From the NCBI GenBank assembly GCA_030390025.1, contig CM059432.1, forward strand, positions 71,860,001-71,924,000: DNA of 64,000 nt, in the 5' to 3' direction. How positions within the stretch are numbered: the first letter of the stretch is position 1; each line of letters opens with the position of its first letter. Made by a program: the position numbers and the translations under genes. Below the pieces are notes generated by a model. It ran no database searches and was not told the DNA's origin. It was given only the letters and a program-made list of their open reading frames with translations. This DNA is from Squalus acanthias (Eukaryota). Shown here one piece after another: positions 35,385 through 47,750 of the stretch.

Positions 35385-37009
35385 GGTAGAAGATCAGCCA
35401 TGATCTTAATGAATGGCGGAGCAGGCTCGAAGGGTCAAATGGCCTACTCCTGCTCCTATTTCTTATGTTCTTATTGCTGGCTGATTCTGAGGTTTTATGT
35501 GTGTGCAAAATACCAGCAACATATGTATAGCACAAGATGAACACCTGACATCTCTATCTTGATTGACAAACATTATCCATGACAGTGATGGGCAGTTTTT
35601 GTTTCCTTTAGATTGTATGTCCAGTTACTCAGTTGATCAGGTTATTATGCTAACTCACTGACAACTTCCTCTTCTTTGAATTTAGACCATCATTATTTCC
35701 TTTTAGATATTTAGAGGCTAATAATGATATGGTGAGCATGGGGGCCTGAGGCCTATCACTTGACCAATGTGCATTACATCTCCTAAACTGTTTAAAAGAC
35801 TCAGAAATGCCCACAGAGATATGTGGGCCAGGCCAGTGTCCGACCTGGAAGACCCTGAAAACGAACATTGCTTGATTGCCAGCAGCCCCCCAAAGTGGCC
35901 ATCCAGCCCCCTTCTGGAGAGAGCCGAAGATGTGCCCATTGTGATGAAGGTGCTCCGCAGCTGTATTTTAATCAAGCGACCCCATTGATTGTCCCGTCAT
36001 CTATTCAATTCCCTGCTTTGTGCATTCAAAGTATTTGATGTGTTAGTGCCTAGTGCAGCTTATGACATTCTGGTGTTACTAGCAACCAGCATTACTTGGG
36101 CTATAATGACAAAAATTGTGACATATGGCGTCACTTTGTCATTATCGCCACAGTTCTTTTTCCAGCTTCCACGGGTAGGTGCTTCTGGTGTCTACCAGAA
36201 CTGACGACAGAAGATCTTTACAGCTGTACAAATGAGGGGATTTAACGGATCAGATCCCCAACTAATTTTCCCCCATTGCCTGCCCAAGGAATGTCAGAAA
36301 ACCGGCGTAACTCAGGAGAGAAATCCTGTCCATTCCAGTCTATTTTGTCAGTATGTACTAAGCTGTCTTCAAGGTGATTAAAGTAACTTTCAACTCCACA
36401 CCATCTCAAATTACCTTGACTGTGGAATATACACAACCTCAAATTTCTCTTGGCCTGGGCAGATTGAAAGAAGCCAGTGCATAATATAAGATTACTGCAT
36501 TTATGCAACTAAAAGCAGAAGGACACAATGTCCTACAGAGGTTTCTTTGATCCAAATGTACATAAGCAGATTCTTGTTACTAGAGCAAAGCAGCTTAATT
36601 TTAGTCGATTGTATTAACACTTGTTAACAAGCTGATCTGATAAGAAAGATAGGTTAAGATTTGAGTGTATGGCTTCATCAGAATTCTTGTTTTTCCTCTT
36701 CCTAGCTTGGGGATCCTGAGGCCAATCATAATGTCCTGATCAACCATTAGTTGAAACGTGCCGATTTAATATGGACTAGGAATCAAACCAGCAGCCTTCC
36801 TGGTTTCTGTGATTCAATACAAGCCATACAGTACATCTACCCACAGAACCATCTGGGCAGCTAAAGGGATTGCTTTTTAGTATACATTGCAAAGTGTGCA
36901 GAATAAACATGTATCAAAAGTTGATCTCCTATGGCATTGCACAAGGGTAAACAAGACCAAGTGCAGTATTCAGGCCAAGTAGGGTTAGAAGGCAGAGTTG
37001 GACCAAGGT

Positions 37010-37520
37010 AGGGGGAGGAGGAGGACGGAGATGAGGCAAGAGGAGAGTGAGGAGAGGGAGAGACAAAGATAAGAGGAAGAGAAGGGGTGAGGGAGAGATA
37101 GGGGAGAGGTTGAGAGGAGGGGAGGGAGGCAGGGAAAAAGGAGATGGAGAAGGGCAGAGTGAGAGAGGTAGAGAGAGGATGGAGGGAGAGAGGAGAGGAG
37201 AAAGAACAGAGGGGGAAAGGAAGAGACGGAGGTGGGATGAAGAGGAGAAGGGAGAGATATGGGAAAGGTTGAGAGGAGGAGAGCGACGTAAAGAGAAGGA
37301 AGGAGAGGGGTAGAAGGAGAGGGGAGAGGGGACAGGAGAGAGGACAGGAGAATGACCAAAGGGGGAGATGGAGACAAATGTGGGATGAAGAGGGGGAGAG
37401 AAGAGGAGAGGGGACAGGGAAGAGAGAGAAAAGCGGAGGAAGATGGTGAGAGGCAATGGGAAAGAGAAGCAGAGGGGAACGAGAGGGAGACAGAGGATGA
37501 GAGCAGGAAAGGGGATAATA
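37010..37520. repeat. GA-rich polypurine low-complexity tract
   Basis: ~500 bp almost entirely G/A on the + strand. Confidence 0.9.
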
Positions 37521-38757
37521 GGTATTGCAGTTAAATCTAATGTAAAAACATCATAAATACAGTTGACATAGTAGTTTGGTAATGGAACATTGTTACCCAC
37601 TTATCATTTTTTATATATAAATGGTTATAAAAGTAAAAGACCATTCAGACCATCATACATCGTTCCTCGATACACCATCTATAATTCAATTGCTTATCCA
37701 ACCATCTAACTTTTCACAAAAAGGTTCTGCAAAGTTTTGCCATGCCTCTCAAAGACAAATACAACAAAAGCCCAAAACATTTAACCAGCTCTACACCCTA
37801 CATCATTCAGGCTTGAATTAGTGCCTTCACTAGAATGGCAGTTTCATGGTCCCATCATGTTCCACACCTAATTCAGACATTCCGATGGGTACTAATACTT
37901 TTTACCCATTTGCCACACTTTACTAACCCATAGGTCATAGTGACTTAATTATTATTGTTTAATCAGCTTCACAGAAGAAAAATGCTGCAACCTCCTACTG
38001 CAGTATTTTTGTTCATATTGTAGAACAGGATATATCTGCGGATAGAAAAAGATCCAAGATTTCAGATATGATGAATATTTTATCAAGAACTGATATAGGA
38101 CAAGGAGTTGCATCCAGCCTTATGTCTACAGTGTGAGTATATTTGCACTGGTGTTTTCAAGGGAACTCACCATAAGCCTGAAATGAATGTGAATAAGATA
38201 TGAAAACTGCACAAAAGCAGAGAGTCTGTTCAACAATAATAGAGAGCTCTAATTACATGTGTGTAGTTGAGAGGCACAATGACAAGTGGAGGTGGTAGAT
38301 TTATACCATGGGGTCATTTTCACCTTCGCTGCTTGGGCAATAATCTGGCAGAGCAGATCACCCATCCGTTGTAGGATCTGCCTGATTTTCATCCTATATG
38401 TAATAAAGTATGACATATCGTACATAACATTCGAATTACTGAAAGTGTATTTCTTTTGAAAATCCATTAGAAGAGAGTGTTCAGTGTATAAATGTTCTAA
38501 ACCTTCGTTATGCAAAATAGTCTGAGCAGCATTTAGTACTTTATTATTTGTGAGATTGTGCTGATAATCTGATGCAGATGCCTGATTCATTTCAGTACCA
38601 TATTATCAGGAGTGGACACCTGAGGTCTGCAATGTGCCTGAATGGAGCCACCAAGAACAAGGGGTACACAGTGTCTGTGCACAAAGTGTGAGCAAGGCTC
38701 ATTAAGGCCACATCGAAAATTTAAATGAAGGGGCCTCCCAAAATGTAACTGGGGCAC

Positions 38758-39372
38758 CTTTTTTTTAAATTCGCTTATGGGATCTGGGCGTCGCTGGTAA
38801 GGCCAGCATTTATTGCCCATCCCTAGTTGCCCTTGAGAAGGTGGTGGTGAGCCGCCTTCTTGAACCGCTGCAGTCCGTGTGGTGAAGGTACTCCCTCAGT
38901 GCTGTTAGGTAGGGAGTTCCAGGATTTTGACCCAGCGATGATGAAGGATCGGCGATATACTTCTAAGTCAGGATGGTGTGTGACTTGGAGGGGAACTTGG
39001 AGGTGGTGGTGTTCCCATGCGCCTGCTGCCCTTGTCCTTCTAGGTGGAAGAGGTCGCGGGTTTAGGAGGTGCTGCCGAAGAAGCCTTGGCGAGTTGCTGC
39101 AGTGCATCTTGTAGATGGTACACACTGCAGCCATGGTACGCCGGTGGTGGAGGGAGTGAATGTTTAAGGTGATGGATGGGGTGCCAATCAAACGGGCTGC
39201 TTTGTCCTGGATGGTGTCGAGCTTCTTGAGTGTTGTTGGAGCTGCACTCATCCAGGCAAGTGGAGAGTATTCCATCACACTCCTTACTTGTGCCTTGTAG
39301 ATGGTGGAAAGGCTTTGGGGAGTCAGGAGGTGAGATACTCACCGCAGAATACCCAGCCTCTGACCTGCTCTT
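38758..39372 (-). mobile_element. 3' end of the second CR1-group LINE family
   Basis: MEYSPLAWMSAAPTTLKKLDTIQ; tail gggatgggcaataaatgctggcc + poly(A) on the minus strand. Confidence 0.92.
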
Positions 39373-40515
39373 GTTGCTCTCCTTCCTGCATAGACGCAAG
39401 GAGCACCTGAACAACACCAGTGCCAGTGGCAGTGCCCATGTTAGCAGCAGCAGGGGGCACATAATCAGCCCTGTGAAATATAAATCATATCCTGCAAGTC
39501 TTTGTCACATTTCCTCTCTAGCATAGACTTTGAAACTCTAAGGTTTTATAATCTCGTAACAAAACTAAAATAGAAATATATATTTAATAAAATAATGGAC
39601 AGCAAATACAAACAGCACAAAACTAATTTACCTTTAAGAAGCTGTATCCCCATAATTGATTTCTTATTTTTTTTTAGCTCATGCCCATTAAGAAATTTTA
39701 TATGATGAATAGCTCAACAATAAGGGTAGTTGATGCACTATTGAACAGAGAAATAGAATCCTAGAACGATTTTTGTGGACACTTGAATGGTACCAAGTGG
39801 ATATATAATTATTTATAGCTCAGCACCAGAACACAAAAAATAGCTGATCGAAATGTAGCCAGTTTAAAAAAGCTCATCTAGACTGAAGGTGCTTGATGCA
39901 TTGAAGTAAGTTTAGAAGCAAGGTCATTCGAGTGAGTGGCCCTGCAACCGTAGTTATATAAGAGTAAAGAAGAATCCCTCTGGCATTGAATGTGACAAGC
40001 TTGGGATTGGGTCACTTATTCTGAGTTTTAACACACCAATGTAAAATACATTAGGTAAAATGGCCCTGAAATTCCACTGGAGTTTTCCTGGTCTCCTGCT
40101 GTAACTCCAGCGGGAGACTGTTGAAACACCAACAAAAATGGCAGAGACCTGGTTAGCTGAGTTTTTGTCATTTCTTAGGGGTTTCTCTTGAGTCACAGTG
40201 GAAGACTGGAAGAGGTCCTGTGAAATTTCACGGTAAATAGGCAACACCAATTCTCAAGTTTTGTCACAATTAAAGAAAACTTACAGATGTTCAACTGTCA
40301 CTTTAAAAAGAGTGATATTTCAATAGTAGCAACCTGCTATCTGGCTACTAATTTGGTTTCGGGGGAAACTGGTCAACTTGTGGTGCTTTCACTGTCATGG
40401 CCCAGAAATGAAGTGCTTCCCCAAATATTCAGCACAAAATCAGGATAAGACTCCAACAGCTTGTGTCTAGGCTTTGATTTGTAAGATCCATGTACATTCC
40501 TCAAAAACTTGGTGT

Positions 40516-41253
40516 GGGGGAATTTGGTGGGTGGGAGTGGCTGCGGGTGGGGGGTTAAAATGGAGAAAAATTGGAAGCATGTCGGGAAGCCGGCTCCAAC
40601 CCGCTGACTTCCGGGTTTTACCCAAGACGGGACATGGGATGGGCAGCCAACCTACTCCCAGGAGGTGGGTAGGCACTTTTAATATGATAATGAGGCTGGA
40701 AGCCTTGGATTTAACCTGCTTTGCAGATTTTACTGTGGCCGGCTGGCAACTTTCCCTTTAAGCTGTGCGGCCATGCAGCGTTCCAGAAAACCAGCGCAGC
40801 CCCCCAAAAAATTAAAGTGATCATTGTCGGCCGGGGTTCTCAGGCCTCGGGAGTCTCAGCAGCTGCAGCGCGCCGAGGACAGCCTTGGGGATAATTCATT
40901 GGGGGGCCGGAAGGAATGCTTCCTTCCGACCCCCCAAGCTCCCTCGCCATCAGCCCTCCATACAAACCCCCACTCCCCAGGATCGTACCACCCCCCCAGA
41001 TCTCCCCCGGGGTCAGGAATTGGACCACTCCCCGGGTCGAGGATCGGACCTACCTGATCCTGCACCCTCCTCTAGAGTGCTCCCACCCAACTGGAAGCCA
41101 AGTCTGTCAATCAGCGGGGAACCTGTCAATGACGTCAGATGCACGCTGTGTAGTTAAATCTCCACAGCATATGGGGAAACCCAGACTTCAGGGTTTCCCG
41201 CACGCTACTGGAACTCTCCGCTCCCAGCGGGTAAGCAAGTAAAAATTCTGGCC
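40516..41253. mobile_element. Non-autonomous Harbinger-like MITE
   Basis: Ends GGGGGAATTT / AAAATTCTGGCC; internal similarity to 25908-26040 and 58470-58697. Confidence 0.6.
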
Positions 41254-42445
41254 ATGATGTTGAGCACTGGAGCACCCTCAAGACTGTAGATACATCTCTC
41301 AATTTCCTCACATATTGGTTTCCTAACTGTCTATTGCTTCTCAAGGCTGACTGGAAAATATCAGGACTGGAGCCTCAGAAGTGATGTGTATCCATTCGGC
41401 AGCAGTGCTCTCTGCTTCCTTTCAAGATTTACCAATTACATGGCAGCAGTAGGGGATTCAGGGAGGCACAGCAACTGACCTTGTAGTTGTGAATAGATTG
41501 GCACATCATTTGCTTTCCAATTGCATTGTTTAACGCCACTGGGAAATGTTAGACCTGGAATTCTATCCAACCTAGAATGCATTAGAAAAACTGAATAACA
41601 GTTTCAGAACACCTGACACAAGCCAAAAAACTACCCTTAAAGATAGGTCTATGACACATGAAGAAGAGGAGTTAGACTGAGAGTGAACTGGGACATGGGC
41701 TTGTCATAACCTACACTGTGGGCATACCCAACATTCCATCACTTTTATCACAGTACATAAAAGCACAGCTAGCAGCAGTGATTATTTAGAAATTACTGGG
41801 GGAAGAATAGCAGTGCTGCCACCCCAGAAAATTTTGATTTTGATACCTGATTTAATACATATAATGGCATTTTGAAACCTACTGTAATTCTCATTTCTTT
41901 TAATCAAGCAAAATGCATCATCACTCCAATCCAATTCACTATTTTATTTCCAAAGCTTGTCAATTCCACAGCACAGTGACAGGAATTGCCAAATAAATCC
42001 AGTTCATGCAGTCACACCAGAGAATTCCACCTTATCTCAAAAAGCAGCTGTAACCTGTATTACATAAATAAACCTTCACGTAAGGTAACAACCAGGCTCT
42101 CTCAGAAAGTTCCTTCGGAGGCAACTAAAAAGTGTTTGGAAACTGCATTTATATTATTTATAGAGTGACACTAACTAAATACATTGGTAAATGGACATTC
42201 GAAACCAAGAGCTCATTGTAATTTTTCTACCTCAAGTTTGTGCACAGCAAACAATGGGTGAAAGTAACAGCTGATTGCTTCCAGTCCCACCCTTCAACAT
42301 ATCTGGTTCTGACAGGGTCCAATCTTAACTTCTAAATGACCTAGCTGGTCAATACTGAAAAACTCCATTTCCATCTGGTTTACGTAAAAGCAAAGGTAAG
42401 GAGCGCTGTTAGTGAAAGTAGAGAGCCTTTAAAACAGTTCTTAAA

Positions 42446-43096
42446 GGCCTAGAAATTTGGATGGTTTGCACCACCCGTTAGCGCCATGTAATGGCGAAAC
42501 AACACTGGCCGGCGCTCTTCTGCCAGCTGGCGGCGGATACCGCGGTGGCTGCCATTTTCAGCAGGTCGTTAGTGCTCCCGTTAACTGCTATCAGTGAGAA
42601 TACTTTAATGAGGTGGAGCGTGACATCAATCTATTTTGGAGTTCTCCGCTCGCATTGCTGCCCGCGCTAAATCACGCCAGTATTTGCTGCCGCTGAAAGG
42701 TCTTTCAGCAGCATTAACAGCCATGAGGAATCTGGCAGGACTTATGAGGATGGACGTCGGAACTTCAAACGCCTCCTTTGCCAAGGTTCTCTTTTATTCA
42801 TGTCATAAACAAACAAAAAATCGATAAACATCGTGTGGCAGCTAATATTTTTGGAACACGTACAGCGACTGTTTGGGTTGCTCCTTTCTTCCCCGCTCCC
42901 CTACACTGCGAGCGGGAGACAGAGGCGACCTTTGGCCTCCTTCTGACATTAGCACTGCAAAGAGCGCATTGCACCCGCAAATCACCGCCACGCTGATTAT
43001 AAATGCTGGTACTGCCTGCACTCTCTCAGCCGGCGGCTATTATCCTTGGCCGCCAATGTTACCGGCAGGTTTCCAGCGTTCCCCAATTTCTAGACC
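42446..43096. mobile_element. Harbinger MITE (651 bp)
   Basis: TIRs GGCCTAGAAATT / AATTTCTAGACC, AAA on both flanks; left part resembles the ends at 60009 and 63959. Confidence 0.85.
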
Positions 43097-44485
43097 AAAG
43101 TCTTTGAAGTGCGATCAGGAACTACTGCAAAATTAAATTATGATAGAGATATTGTGAGGCCAGAGGGTCATCAGAAAGATGAACAGGATCAGTGGGTTGC
43201 GTTTATCCACAAGGATGCACAATTACACAAAAATAATCCATAATCACTTTTCTATTGGTTAAAGTTTGTTAACAGTTATAGCAAAAGGACTCCTTTGGTC
43301 TAGTAGCAATGAATGACCAGCCTGATGCGGTTCACCAAACCCATAGAGCATCCTTGGGGTCTGGAAAAAATACTATTCATCGCTGGTATCTGACCCTACA
43401 GACTGTAATGGGAACCTGCATAGAGATTGGAAGCACCAACATTTTTGGGTCCAGACCTGACGTTATGCGACCAGCGAACACCTGAACCTGAGAGACCCGA
43501 GGATCGATCGAAATCGGTCCTCGGGTCTCATCAAGAGGCTCAGCGCAAGCTGCCGGCGCTGGTCACACCTCCACAGACAGCTCAACCTTGTGAAGAAACG
43601 AATGTCAGGCAAAAATAAAAGTTATTTCTCATTAGTGACTCTGAAGAATCCTGAGCGGGGCGGGCCCGACACCTGCCCCGCTCATCTCCGACTAATTTCT
43701 TGATGGAGTCCTTCAGTAGGTGTTAGGCTCCTAATTGATATATTTAAATTATACCCAAGTTGTTTAAAAAAAAAAGGCCTCCACGAATTTAGCAGTGGGA
43801 CCAACGCTGCACAGATTGGTTGCAGGTCGTCCCACTGCTAAATTGGCGTGCTTTGTGCCTGTTTTACACCCAAAAAACAAGTGCAATGCATACCAATTTC
43901 TACTCCAATGTGTTATCTTTGGTACTGAAGATTATTAGCTTGTCACAGCTGGTAACTTCAGTGTGCTATTAAGTCGTTATCCATCAAGTACTTTAATACT
44001 GTAGCTCTCTACAGAATGCGGGAAAATAACTCCTGCTTTTGGACTCACTGCAGTCTATAGCTATTAAAATTAATGATATTGATAAGAGTAACAGACTGTA
44101 TCAGGTCCCATTCGTTACAATAGCACAGACATGGCCAGGTTTTCTATGCTCTAAATAATTCGAACCAGATCAAGACCACAAAAGATGCTAATGCTTAAAT
44201 GAGATTCTCATTTTTCTATAAATAAACAAGTAAAAACAAATGCTAATGCTGGAAATTTGAAACAAAAACAAAATGCTGGCAGCACCTAACAGGTCAGTTA
44301 GCATTAGTTAGGAGAGAACAGAAAAGATAACTTTTCAGACATAGTTTATGACTCCAGTAAGGCTGCTGCAGACAAAGGCAGCTAACAGATTAACAGGTAT
44401 AATGAGACCCAATGGGATTATAAAACGTCTGACAGAACTGATTATATGAATTCTTAAGTCTTGTTTTATGTGACTTATTAAATTA

Positions 44486-44731
44486 AGTGGAGCCCTGGAG
44501 TGCAGTCTGGTAAGAGTCTCCAGAATCAGTTTACATTGTTGCGTCCTACATGATATTGCAATGAAGAAAGGCTGGCAGCTTCTAGTTGAAGGGGATGATG
44601 AAGGTGATGGGAAGGACCTCCATCCCCACAGCATGAGGGGTGCACAAGAAGGAGAGGATGTGGAACAAAAAAGTCATCGACCAGCAGCTAGAGAATGGAA
44701 GAGACAAATTATAGCCCTGTGCTTTGAATGA
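44486..44731 (+). pseudogene. C-terminal fragment of a divergent Harbinger transposase
   Basis: SGALECSLVRVSRISLHCCVLHDIAMKKG...acidic stretch...AAREWKRQIIALCFE* parallels SGGALQYSPEQVS..VCCMLHNMAI...ARAVRQRLIASRF*. Confidence 0.7.
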
Positions 44732-45348
44732 ATACAAATTGACACAGCAAATAAAGTCAGGTTACACCTGCCTTTTTTCCCCACCACCCCTTATCCTCAC
44801 AAAGGCTTCACTGTCAAAAGACTTCTGCCTATTTTCTTCATAAGACAAAAGTCTAAAGCCCTGATTTTAATTTGAGGTGAGCAGTTAACATGGGGCCAGC
44901 CTGGTGAGCATCAGGTTCGTCCCGGCTCACCAACATGAGGCCTAGGCCGTTTTAACTCACAGGCCTCATTTAAATAGGCTAGGCCCGACCCCCGCCTGAA
45001 CTCAGTGCCAATGACGTTAGGCCGGCAGTTGGGAGTAGGTGATCGTGGCAGGAGGCTTCTCCCGAGGAAATGGGCTCTAGCACGGAAAGTGATGGGAAGG
45101 TCAAAGGTGATCGTAGGAAGCCCAAGTAGGGAAGGTGCAAGGATTCCTTGTGGGGCCTGAAGGAGCATTCCTGCTCCTCCTCACCTGCAGGGAAACTTAT
45201 CTTTTTGTCCCTCTTCTGGCGCTGCTGTTCCTCGACTCCGAGTTGCCTGGGCGAAGCGGCACCAGGCGCTGACCTCACTGCTACTGGGTAAAATGTTGTG
45301 AGGGTCTGAATGACATCATCAAACCCTGACTTTTCAATCTCAATAAAG

Positions 45349-47750
45349 CTACCTCAGCAACATCATTCGAAAACATGTCACGTTCCACATGTACGCTGAG
45401 GATACCCAGATCTACCTCACCACCACCTCTCTCGACCCCTCCACAACCTCTGTGCTGTCAAGCTGCTTGTCTGACATCCAATTTTAGATGAGCAAATATT
45501 TCCTTCAATTGGGAAGATCAACACCATTGTCTTTGGTGCTCACCACAAATTTCATTCCCTAGCCATTGATTCCATCCCGCTCCCTGGCCGCTGTCTCAGG
45601 CTAAAACAAACTGTTCGCAACCTTGGTGTGGGCCATCAGCAGCAGAATTGTATTCCAGCACAATCTGCAACCTCATGGCCCGGTATATGCCTCACTCTAC
45701 CATTACCATCAAGCCAGAGGACCAACCCTGGTTCAAGGAGGAGTGCAGAAGAGCATGCCAGGAGCAGCACCAGGCGTACTTAAAAATGGAGTGCCAACCT
45801 GGGGAAACTGCAACACAGGACTATATCCATGCAAAACAGTGGAAGCAGCATGCTATAGACAGGGCTAAGCAATCCCACAATCAATGGATCAGATCAAAGC
45901 TCTGCAGTCCTGCCACATCCAGTCGTGAATGGTGGTGGACCATTAAACAACTAACGGGAGGATGAGATTCCATGAATATCCCCATCCTCAATGATGGTGG
46001 AGCCCAGCACGTGAGTGCAAAAGACAAGGCTGAAGCATTTACAACCGTCTTCAGCAAGAAGTGCAGAGTGGATGATCCAGATCAGCCTCCTCCTGAGGTC
46101 CCCACCATCACAAAAGCCAGTTTTCAGCCAATTCGATTCACCCCACGTGATATTAAGAAGCGGCTGAGCGCGCTGGATACAGCAAATGCTATGGGCCTCG
46201 ACAACATCCCGGCTGTCGTGCTGAAGACTTATGCACCAGAACTAGCTGCGCCTCTAGCCAAGCTGTTCCAGTACAGCTACAACACTGGCATCTACCCGAC
46301 AATGTGGAAAACTGCCCAGGTAGGTCCCATCCACAAAAAGCAGGACAAATCCAACCCGGCCAATTACCGCCCCATCAGTCTACTCTCAATCATCAGCATA
46401 GTGATGGAAGGTGTCGTCGACAGTGCTATCAAGTGGCACTTACTCACCGATAACTTGCTCACTAATGCTCAGTTTGCGTTCTGGCAGGACCACTTGGCTC
46501 CAGACCGCATTACAGCCTTTTGTCCAAACATGAACAAAAGAGCTGATTTCCAGAGGTCAGGTGGGAGTGACTGCCCTTGACATCAAGGCAGCATTTGACC
46601 AAGTGTGGCATCAAGGAGCCCAAGTAAAATTGAAGTCAATGGGAATCAGGGGGAAAACTCTCCACTGGCTGGAGTCATACCTTTCACAAAGGAAGATGGT
46701 TGTGGTTGTTGGAGGTCAATCATCTCAGCCCCAGGAGATCGCTGTAGGAGTTCCTCAGGGCAGTGTCCTAGGCACAACCATCTTCATCTGCTTCATCAAT
46801 GATCTTCCCTGAATCATAAGGTCTGAAGTGGGGATGTTCGCTGATGATTGCACAACATTCAGGCTTGGGCTGATAAGTGGCAAGTAACATTCGCGCCACA
46901 CAAGTGCCAGGCAATGACTATCTCTAACAAGCGAGAGTCTAACCACCACCCCTTGACATTCAATGGTATTACCATTGCCGAATCCCCCACCATCAACATC
47001 CTGGTGGTCACCATTGACCAGAAACTTAACTGGACCAGCCACAAAAATAATGTGGCCACAAGAGCAGGTCAGAAACTGGTTATTCTGCGGCGAGTGTCTC
47101 ACCTCCTGACTCCCCAAAGCCTTTCCCCCATCTACAAGGCACAAGTCAGGAGTGTGATGGAATACTCTCCACTTGCCTGGATAAGTGCAGCTCCAACAAC
47201 ACTCAAGAAGCTTGACACCATCCAGGACAAAGCAGCCTACTTCATTGGCACCCCATCCAGCACCTTAAACATTCACTCCCTCCACCACCAGCGCAAGATA
47301 CACTGCAGCAACTCGCCAAGGCTTCTTCAACAGCACCTCCCAAACCCACGCCCTCTTCTACCTAGAAGGACAAGGCAGCAGACGCATGGAAACACCATCA
47401 CCTCCAAGTTCCCCTCCAAGTCACACACCACCCTGACTTAGAAGTATATCGCCGATCCTTCATCGTCGCTAGTTCAAAATCCTGGAACTCCCTCCCTAAC
47501 AGCACTGTGGGAGTACCTTCACCACATGGACTGCAGCGGTTCAAGAAGGTGGTTCACCACCACCTTCTCAAGGGCAACTAGGGATGGGCAATAAATTCTG
47601 GCCTTGCCTGCGACGCCCACATCCGAGGAACAAAAAAAAATCTCCTTCTTTGGCTCGGTGTCGATGTTTTTTTCTGATTACGCTCCTGTGAAGCACCTTG
47701 AGATGTTTTACTTCATTAAAGGTGCTATATAATTGCAAGTTGCTGTTGCA
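45349..47750 (+). mobile_element. L2 LINE fragment (45349-45629 + 3' tail 47641-47750)
   Basis: FHMYAEDTQIYL RT motif, VRNLGV; tail taaaggtgctatataattgcaagttgctgttg. Confidence 0.8.
45630..47640 (+). mobile_element. Second CR1-group LINE family, 5'-truncated, RT pseudogene
   Basis: NYRPISLLSIIS, ALDIKAAFD, GVPQGSVLG, FADD, MEYSPLAW; poly(A) end. Confidence 0.93.

Larger units (their letters stand above)
31191..35474 (+). mobile_element. CR1 LINE (CR1-D), essentially full length, inactivated; same family as CR1-A
   Basis: 5' UTR, ORF1, ORF2 and tail cctatttcttatgttcttat all collinear. Confidence 0.95.

Noticed and set aside
36929..37600. 223-aa Pro/Ser/Leu-rich ORF
   Set aside because: Artefact of the CT/GA low-complexity tract
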